Origin: an uncultured Spirochaetales bacterium
GTDB lineage: Bacteria; UBP6; UBA1177
DNA length: 64,000 bases
NCBI GenBank assembly: GCA_902774115.1
Contig: CACYHH010000003.1
Span: 63,580-127,579 of the forward strand
Direction: 5' to 3'
Shown: positions 57,820-64,000 of the stretch, in pieces
Layout of the letters: the number at the start of each line of letters is the position of its first letter
Position numbering within the stretch: the stretch's first letter is position 1
The notes under the pieces: generated by a model
The model's input: the letters and a program-made list of their open reading frames with translations, nothing else
Database searches by the model: none
What the model was told of the DNA's origin: nothing
Translations under genes and position numbers: made by a program

Positions 57820-59028
57820 ATGTATTCAAATCTTGACAATTACTTTTCAGACATGTCCAAAAGGGCAAAAAAATCGGCTATCAGAGAGCTTCTCAAACTC
57901 ACAAAGGAACCCGGCATCATTTCTTTTGCAGGCGGTCTTCCGGCTCCGGAAACTTTCCCGGTAAAAGAACTTGAGGAAGTTACCGAAGAAGTTTTGAAGA
58001 AAGAAGCTGCTTTCGCTCTCCAGTACGGCACGACCGAAGGTGACGACCTTCTGAGAGAACAGCTTGTAAAACGCTATCAGGAAATGGGTCTCAAAATCAC
58101 GAAGGAAAACCTTGTAATCACGACCGCAAGCCAGCAGTCGCTTGACTTCCTCGGCAGAGTTTTCATCAACAAAGGCGACAAAGTCATCGTCGAGTTCCCG
58201 AGCTACCTCGGCGCACTCCAGGCTTTCAACGCTTTCGGCGCAGAACCGGTCGGCATTCCTTCCGATGATCACGGTATGGATCCGAAACTTCTCGAAGCAA
58301 AACTTGCTGAACTTCAGGCAAAAGGCGAGCAGGTCAAATTCATGTATATCATTCCTGATTTCCAGAACCCGTCAGGCGTTACGATGCCGGAATTCAGAAG
58401 AAAAGAAATCATCGAAATCGCTCACAAATATCACGTTCTCATCGTTGAGGACAGCCCGTACAGAGAACTTCGTTTTGAAGGCGAAGCTCAGCCCACGATA
58501 TATCAGCTTGATGAAGAGGGAACGACCATCACACTCGGAACCTTCTCGAAGATTTTCGTTCCGGGATTCAGAATCGGCTGGGTAATCGCAGATCCGAAGA
58601 TTATCGACAAGTTCGTAACCACGAAACAGTCGGTTGACCTCTGCACACCGCCTTTCGTTCAGAGAATCGCAGGCAGATACATGGAAAGAGGTCTTTTCGC
58701 AACGAAACTCGGCGACATCATCAAACTTTACAAACACAAAAAAGACCTCATGATGGACTGCTTCGAAAAATACCTTCCGGAAGGCGTAAAATGGACGAAC
58801 CCCGAAGGCGGACTCTTCCTTTTCGTTTACCTTCCTGAGCACATGGATGCAGAGAAACTTTTCAAGATCGCGATCGCAAACAAAGTTGCATTCGTTCTCG
58901 GAACAGTTTTCTACTGCGACGGCAGCGGCAAGAACACTCTCAGAATCAACTTCTCCTACTGCTCGGACGAACAGATCGTAGAAGGCGTAAAGAGACTCGG
59001 TCAGGCTATCAGAGAATACAAAGACTAA
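57820..59028 (+). CDS. PLP-dependent class I/II aminotransferase
   Basis: ISFAGGLPAPETFP and SFSKIFVPGFRIGW (PLP Lys). GGAGG RBS. Confidence 0.75.
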   Translation: MYSNLDNYFSDMSKRAKKSAIRELLKLTKEPGIISFAGGLPAPETFPVKELEEVTEEVLKKEAAFALQYGTTEGDDLLREQLVKRYQEMGLKITKENLVITTASQQSLDFLGRVFINKGDKVIVEFPSYLGALQAFNAFGAEPVGIPSDDHGMDPKLLEAKLAELQAKGEQVKFMYIIPDFQNPSGVTMPEFRRKEIIEIAHKYHVLIVEDSPYRELRFEGEAQPTIYQLDEEGTTITLGTFSKIFVPGFRIGWVIADPKIIDKFVTTKQSVDLCTPPFVQRIAGRYMERGLFATKLGDIIKLYKHKKDLMMDCFEKYLPEGVKWTNPEGGLFLFVYLPEHMDAEKLFKIAIANKVAFVLGTVFYCDGSGKNTLRINFSYCSDEQIVEGVKRLGQAIREYKD

Positions 59029-59056
59029 TAAAATCAATTAGTTCTTCGTTTTTATC

Positions 59057-59083
59057 GGGCTTCCTTCGGGAAGCCCTTTTTTT
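59057..59083 (+). terminator. rho-independent terminator
   Basis: GGGCUUCC-UUCG-GGAAGCCC followed by a U7 tract, directly after the aminotransferase stop. Confidence 0.8.
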
Positions 59084-59155
59084 ATTTGAAATCTGTAAAA
59101 ATGGCAAAAACTTCTTTATTGAGTAAAATTCTTTGTTTTATTCTTGGAGGGAGAT

Positions 59156-60502
59156 ATGAAAAAAATACCGTTTTTTCTCTTTTTAGCCTCTTTTTTCCTT
59201 ATGGTCGCATGCGAAAACCACATCGAGGCAGACTGTTCTCAGACAAGTGTGAACAGGAAGGCTTTTGCCTACCTCAAGGAGTGGTATCTCTGGTACGAGT
59301 ATCTTCCGGCGATAAATCCGTCGGATTATGAGTCGCTCGACAAGATGATCGCGGCAGTGAAATACCGCGAAGGTGAAACTTTGATCGACAGATTTTCATA
59401 CGCTGTAAAAAAGGAGGAACACGACAATTACTATGCAGGAAAGCGTTACGGCATGGGTATGTCGATGCAGCGCGACGAAAACAATGAGATTTTCATTACG
59501 CTGGTTTATCCCGAAAGTCCTGCCGGGGTCGCCGGGCTGAAACGCGGGCAGAAACTGCTTGCAATGAACGGAGTGACGGTTGAAGAGCTTGACGAGAACG
59601 GGAAATACAACAAAGAACACCGCAACGACGAGGATTTTGAAGAAAAAACCGACTGGAACAACGTCTACAATGCTGAAAACAAGGGGGAAGCTGTTGTTTT
59701 TAAAGTCCTTGAAGAGGGAACTGAGCTTGAAACGACGGTAGTTCTTGACGACTACATCGGGAAATCGGTTCTTGCATACAAAGTTCTGGAAAATGACGGC
59801 GTGAAAACGGGATACATTCACTTTAAATCGTTCATAAACTCTTCTGAAAAGGAGCTGAACGAGGTTTTTGCACACTTTAAGGAAGAAAAAGTCGAACGTC
59901 TGGTCCTTGACCTGCGCTACAACGGCGGCGGACTCGTAAAAATCGCGCGTCAGCTCGTCAATCTAGTTGCCGGTGACAAAGGGAAGGGGGATGAGATAAT
60001 AAAACTTATCTACAATAACAAGCATTCCGAGCAGAACTATTCATACAAGGGCGAAGTGCTGAAAAATTCGCTTTCTGGAATAGAAAAAGTCGCTGTGATC
60101 GTCTCTTCGGGAACCGCAAGCGCTTCGGAAATGGTTATAAATTCGCTTACTCCTTATGCCGAAGTTACTCTTATCGGCGAAACGACATACGGTAAGCCGG
60201 TCGGAATGAATGCGAAGGATATCTGTGACCAGACGATCGTGCCGATCACTTTCAAGTACGCCAATTCACAGGATTACGGCGATTTCTTTTTGGGAATGGA
60301 AGCAGACTGTGCGGCAAGTGACGATATCAAGCACGATTTCGGCGACGAAAGGGAAGAGGAACTTGCTGTTGCGCTTTACTATCTTTCTTATGGAAAATGC
60401 CCGCAGGAAGCGGAAGTTAAGAGCTTGGCAAAGAGAAAAACCCTCGAAGAGCGCATTCCGCTTCAGCTCAAGGGAATGGGAAAAATCGATTATACGTTTT
60501 AA
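59156..60502 (+). CDS. S41-family C-terminal processing peptidase (lipoprotein)
   Basis: Lipobox LMVACENH. PDZ domain (GLKRGQKLLAMNGV). S41 motifs LDLRYNGGG and SSGTASASEM. Confidence 0.75.
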   Translation: MKKIPFFLFLASFFLMVACENHIEADCSQTSVNRKAFAYLKEWYLWYEYLPAINPSDYESLDKMIAAVKYREGETLIDRFSYAVKKEEHDNYYAGKRYGMGMSMQRDENNEIFITLVYPESPAGVAGLKRGQKLLAMNGVTVEELDENGKYNKEHRNDEDFEEKTDWNNVYNAENKGEAVVFKVLEEGTELETTVVLDDYIGKSVLAYKVLENDGVKTGYIHFKSFINSSEKELNEVFAHFKEEKVERLVLDLRYNGGGLVKIARQLVNLVAGDKGKGDEIIKLIYNNKHSEQNYSYKGEVLKNSLSGIEKVAVIVSSGTASASEMVINSLTPYAEVTLIGETTYGKPVGMNAKDICDQTIVPITFKYANSQDYGDFFLGMEADCAASDDIKHDFGDEREEELAVALYYLSYGKCPQEAEVKSLAKRKTLEERIPLQLKGMGKIDYTF

Positions 60503-60515
60503 TTTTAATTTGCCG

Positions 60516-60562
60516 CCCCTGATGCAGGGGAGGTGGCGCAACGCGCCGGAGGGGTTTCAGGT
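60516..60562. terminator. two adjacent GC hairpins between convergent genes (possible bidirectional terminator)
   Basis: CCCCTG-atg-CAGGGG (60516-60530) and GGCGC-aac-GCGCC (60535-60547), followed by a T-rich stretch. Confidence 0.35.
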
Positions 60563-62074
60563 TTATTTTAGATCTGGATTTGTCTTCAAAATCTCAGGAT
60601 CGACTTCGTAGATGTTGAAATATGGAGTTTTGTGCTTCAGGACCATTCCTTTCGGCGGTTTATTCCTCAGTTTTCTCAGTTCTTCCTTAGATATTTTGAA
60701 GCGTGATGCGCTGGAATTGAATTTGTGAGTGATCAGGAAAACCCCCGGTTTTTTGATCTGTTTGAGCGAATTGATGAATCTGTAGTTTTTGTTTTTGTAA
60801 CCTGAATAGTAGTCTATGCGGTAGTAAATATTTCTATCGGCGAGATATATCGTGGTGTCAGGATAGTTCGAGAGGAGTACCGACATCGATTCTTTCTGGT
60901 TTTTTCTGGCTTTTTTGTAAAAATCGCTGTTGTCCAGAGAAAAATAGATGTTGCTTATAAAAATTGTAAGGAAAATCACCAGAGCAGCTATTTTTGCGGC
61001 GATTTTTTTCGTTTTGACCAAATCCCAAAGAAGGATGGCACACATAGCACATAGAGGAAGAACGAAAATTATCGTATAGCGGTTGTTTCTGATGAGTGTG
61101 GTGTAGGGATTCAGGCTTGTCGGCGCGAACGACATGAAAAGAAAGTATGAGACGAACCAGATGAAAAACATGACTTCTCTGCCGCATTTTTTCAGGCACA
61201 TTTTCACGATGCAGGCAAGAAGTGCGGCAACTGTGAAATATCCGCCGAATCCGAATGTTCTCCAGCGGGCGAAGTTACCGGATGTAAAAGCGCTTCTGAT
61301 GTAAAAAAAGAGGTCTTTCGGATCAACGTCGGTCATTCTGTTCTGGTATGCGACAACTTTTTTGCTGAGTTCAAAAACATGAAAGAAGTTGTTGTGGACT
61401 TTGAGGTAGACAAAACCCTGGAATATTGCGGGAACAAGCGAAACAAGCGCCGCGCATAGAACCCAGAGAATTGTTTTTTTGTTGAATCCTTTTTTATACC
61501 ACACGTAAATCGAGACTAAGGGCGCGATAAAAAGCCCCGTCGTTCTGGCGAAAAATATCCAGCCTATTGAGAAACCGCCGAGAATGAACCAGCCGGTTTT
61601 TCCGGTGTTTGCACCTCTCTGGAATGAATAAACGGTGAGAAGCGTGAAAAATTCAAGCGGTGCTGCAACCTGGAGAAAGTTCGTAAAGATAGCGACGATC
61701 GGATATGTAATGTAAAAAAGAGTCGTAACTATTGCTGTTGCCCTGTCGGTTTCGGCTTCTATTATTTTGTAAGCCAGCCAGACGCTTGAAACGCCGTAAA
61801 CCATTGTGGGAAGAAGAGAAGTGAAGTCGCTTACCCCGAACAGTTTGTAAAGAAGCGCCGCCGGAGCGAAAACGACCCATCTGGCATCGAAAATGAAGCC
61901 GGCTGAAAAGTTGCCGTTTGCGAATCTGTTTGCCAGCGTGCTGTAGGGAAAGTCGTCACCCTGGGCAATTCCCATGAAATTGATCATTCGGAATATGAAT
62001 GAGAAAATCATAAGAAGATATACGGGATCGATTGGAAATCCTTCAAGTTTTTTGCGTATTTTGTCAAAATTCAT
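60563..62074 (-). CDS. PMT/ArnT-like (GT39/GT83) polytopic glycosyltransferase
   Basis: About 12 TM, 503 aa. N-terminal loop and first helices typical of the ArnT/PMT dolichyl/undecaprenyl-phosphate sugar transferase family. Confidence 0.5.
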   Translation of the reverse strand: MNFDKIRKKLEGFPIDPVYLLMIFSFIFRMINFMGIAQGDDFPYSTLANRFANGNFSAGFIFDARWVVFAPAALLYKLFGVSDFTSLLPTMVYGVSSVWLAYKIIEAETDRATAIVTTLFYITYPIVAIFTNFLQVAAPLEFFTLLTVYSFQRGANTGKTGWFILGGFSIGWIFFARTTGLFIAPLVSIYVWYKKGFNKKTILWVLCAALVSLVPAIFQGFVYLKVHNNFFHVFELSKKVVAYQNRMTDVDPKDLFFYIRSAFTSGNFARWRTFGFGGYFTVAALLACIVKMCLKKCGREVMFFIWFVSYFLFMSFAPTSLNPYTTLIRNNRYTIIFVLPLCAMCAILLWDLVKTKKIAAKIAALVIFLTIFISNIYFSLDNSDFYKKARKNQKESMSVLLSNYPDTTIYLADRNIYYRIDYYSGYKNKNYRFINSLKQIKKPGVFLITHKFNSSASRFKISKEELRKLRNKPPKGMVLKHKTPYFNIYEVDPEILKTNPDLK

Positions 62075-62122
62075 TTGTCACCTCTAAAAAAACCGGTGGA
62101 AGTCTACTTTTTATTTTAAGGA

Positions 62123-62150
62123 TTGCAAATGCAGGAGAAATGATTATACT
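62123..62150 (+). promoter_or_regulatory. candidate sigma70-like promoter TTGCAA-N16-TATACT
   Basis: Hexamers at 62123-62128 and 62145-62150, about 95 nt upstream of the LamG gene start with a GGGAGG RBS. Confidence 0.4.
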
Positions 62151-62244
62151 TTGCGATATTACCTGTTGTTCCTTAAATTTTGAACGCGTTATTTGTTTTT
62201 TTTGCTTTTCTATTTTGTTTTAACAGTTTTTTGGGAGGCTGAAA

Positions 62245-64000
62245 ATGAAAAAAGTAATTTGTTTGTTGTTTTGCATGTTGTGTGCCTCTGGAATCTTATC
62301 GGCAAAACTACTGACACATTTTGAATTTGAGAACTCACTGGAAGACAGTGTTGGCGACAACAACGGAACTTTCACACGGTCGGATTCTTCAATTTACAAT
62401 ACCGGTCGGAACGGCAAAGCTCTTGTTTTCAATGGAACAAGTGATTATTTGGAATTTGGTAAGGGAGATTTCGATCCTGCTCAGTTTGGAGGACGTTATT
62501 CTATTTCAATGTGGGTTCTTTCTCAAGAGCAGGCTTCATCAACAAACAACAACAGTTATATCGGAAAACATACAAGCTCAGGGGATAATGCTATTCTTTT
62601 CGGGTATTGGGATGAAAAACTGTCCTTAAGAATAAAAAGCGATCTGGTGCAGATTTCTTCTATAAGCGAACCGGCAAACTATTGGGCTCACTATGTTGTT
62701 TCCGCGAGAGAAGACAATAATAATGGAACAACTTCGGTTGTGATTTATAAAAACGGTTCACAAATCTGGAGCGGAACATTAAATGATGTCATGGGAACTT
62801 TTGGTAATGACGATAACCCTTGGACATTGGGTGTGAAATGGGATTCTACGAATTCGGCAACAGATTTTTTTAAAGGAAAAATGGATGATCTCCGAATTTA
62901 TGATTGGGATATTACCGCTGACGAAGTCAAAGAAATATATTACAAAGAAGCTGCAAAAATCCATTTGACAATGGATGATACATTCAATGCTTCAGCAGGT
63001 TCTATCTCTGGAACCGGATTCGGCGGAGCGACTTTCAAGCAGGGCATGGAAAACCGTTCCGCATATTTTGACGGAGTTAATGATTATGTTCAGTTCGGTT
63101 CTGGTCTTACCGATCCTCGCGGCTCGTCATCAACGACCAAGAAATACACGATAAGCATGTGGGTGAAATCTGATGAACAGGCTACATCTTCTAACAACAA
63201 TACATATATTGCCAAACATACAGATACCAACGGGGACGTTTTTCGTTTCGGCTATTGGAACAACAAACTGGTTCTTAAAATCGGTAATACCTCCACAGAT
63301 ATTTCGAATTTATCTGAGCCGACAACTTGGACTCATTATGTAATTACCGCAACTGAAAATTTATTGGCATTAAATACTGTAGCCACTGTTTACAGAAACG
63401 GGACTCAAATCTGGACAGGCACTATTTCTAATTTAATGGGAACTTTTACTTCCAGTTACAAGCCTTGGGTTCTTGGCAGAAGATTAGGAAGTGTTGGGGA
63501 TTACTTTCGGGGTGAAATAGATAATGTCCGTTTTTATGGGAGCGTTTTGAATGCAGCGGCGATTCAGGCTCTTTACCGCAGTGAGTTCAGCGGAGTAAGA
63601 TACTGCAATACAGACCAGAATTCTGCCGGATGTACCGTGGTGAACGATACAGTTTATAATCTTGGTCAATATTCGTGGCAGATTCCTACTCCTGGATTTA
63701 ACGGGATTCCTATATATCTTCCGGTGTCCCACACAAGCATCGAATCAATAAAAGTTTCTGATGGTTGGGAAGCGTATTTGTGCACACAAGCTAATCATCA
63801 GGGAAATTGTCATTATTACGATGATGGTTTTTATAATTCGTCGAACTTGTTTTTTCAATCCATAGTAAACAATGTTTATTCCATGACAGTTCAACCCTCA
63901 TCTTTTAGCGCAGCAAAAAAGTTTTTCGGTTACAAAAGAGCTGACGACTATAAGGACTCTCCGTCGGGCTTTGCTTATATTTACGCCCTTTCTGATTTTG
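62245..64000 (+). CDS. secreted protein with tandem LamG/concanavalin-A-like (Laminin_G_3) domains; 3' end lies outside the window
   Basis: Signal peptide MKKVICLLFCMLCASGILSA. Two paralogous modules (...YLEFG...SMWV...YIGKHT...FGYW...KNGSQIW...DDLRIYDW... and a second copy). Frame is open to the window end; the ORF track fragments it. Confidence 0.55.
   Translation, partial: MKKVICLLFCMLCASGILSAKLLTHFEFENSLEDSVGDNNGTFTRSDSSIYNTGRNGKALVFNGTSDYLEFGKGDFDPAQFGGRYSISMWVLSQEQASSTNNNSYIGKHTSSGDNAILFGYWDEKLSLRIKSDLVQISSISEPANYWAHYVVSAREDNNNGTTSVVIYKNGSQIWSGTLNDVMGTFGNDDNPWTLGVKWDSTNSATDFFKGKMDDLRIYDWDITADEVKEIYYKEAAKIHLTMDDTFNASAGSISGTGFGGATFKQGMENRSAYFDGVNDYVQFGSGLTDPRGSSSTTKKYTISMWVKSDEQATSSNNNTYIAKHTDTNGDVFRFGYWNNKLVLKIGNTSTDISNLSEPTTWTHYVITATENLLALNTVATVYRNGTQIWTGTISNLMGTFTSSYKPWVLGRRLGSVGDYFRGEIDNVRFYGSVLNAAAIQALYRSEFSGVRYCNTDQNSAGCTVVNDTVYNLGQYSWQIPTPGFNGIPIYLPVSHTSIESIKVSDGWEAYLCTQANHQGNCHYYDDGFYNSSNLFFQSIVNNVYSMTVQPSSFSAAKKFFGYKRADDYKDSPSGFAYIYALSDF

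Overview
This 64 kb window reads as a chromosomal segment with about 48% GC and Shine-Dalgarno-type ribosome binding sites. I think it comes from a Fibrobacter-like (Fibrobacteres) genome. The basis is a lipoprotein with a DUF1566/FISUMP-type C-terminus ending in VRCVR, a large lipoprotein with CBM4/9-like repeats, and many lipobox proteins. The backbone is housekeeping: the pth 3' end, clpP-clpX-lon, prmC, parB, a tRNA/SRP-RNA/tadA island, a tpiA-yhaM-gap-pgk glycolytic operon, ftcD, queE, fmt, a membrane H+/Na+ pyrophosphatase, clpB, a galT-like/galU pair, a class I aminotransferase and an S41 peptidase. The accessory-looking content is more interesting. There is a translationally coupled O-methyltransferase, KS-N/chain-length-factor-like protein and lysophospholipid acyltransferase triad in apeB-apeC-apeD order, followed by a cysteine-rich secreted protein. 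There is a self-contained AMP-ligase-ACP-acyltransferase tri-domain enzyme next to a Wza-like exporter, an SMR/ArnE-like protein and a GT2. A degenerate HD-GYP protein is coupled to a HEAT-repeat protein. A DUF4258/MqsA-like toxin-antitoxin pair is present. A family of GC-rich CGTNACG/ACGACGAAACG inverted-repeat elements punctuates four intergenic gaps between 45.3 and 54.4 kb. I found no transposase, integrase or CRISPR array. All calls come from reading the sequence and translations by eye; no searches were run.
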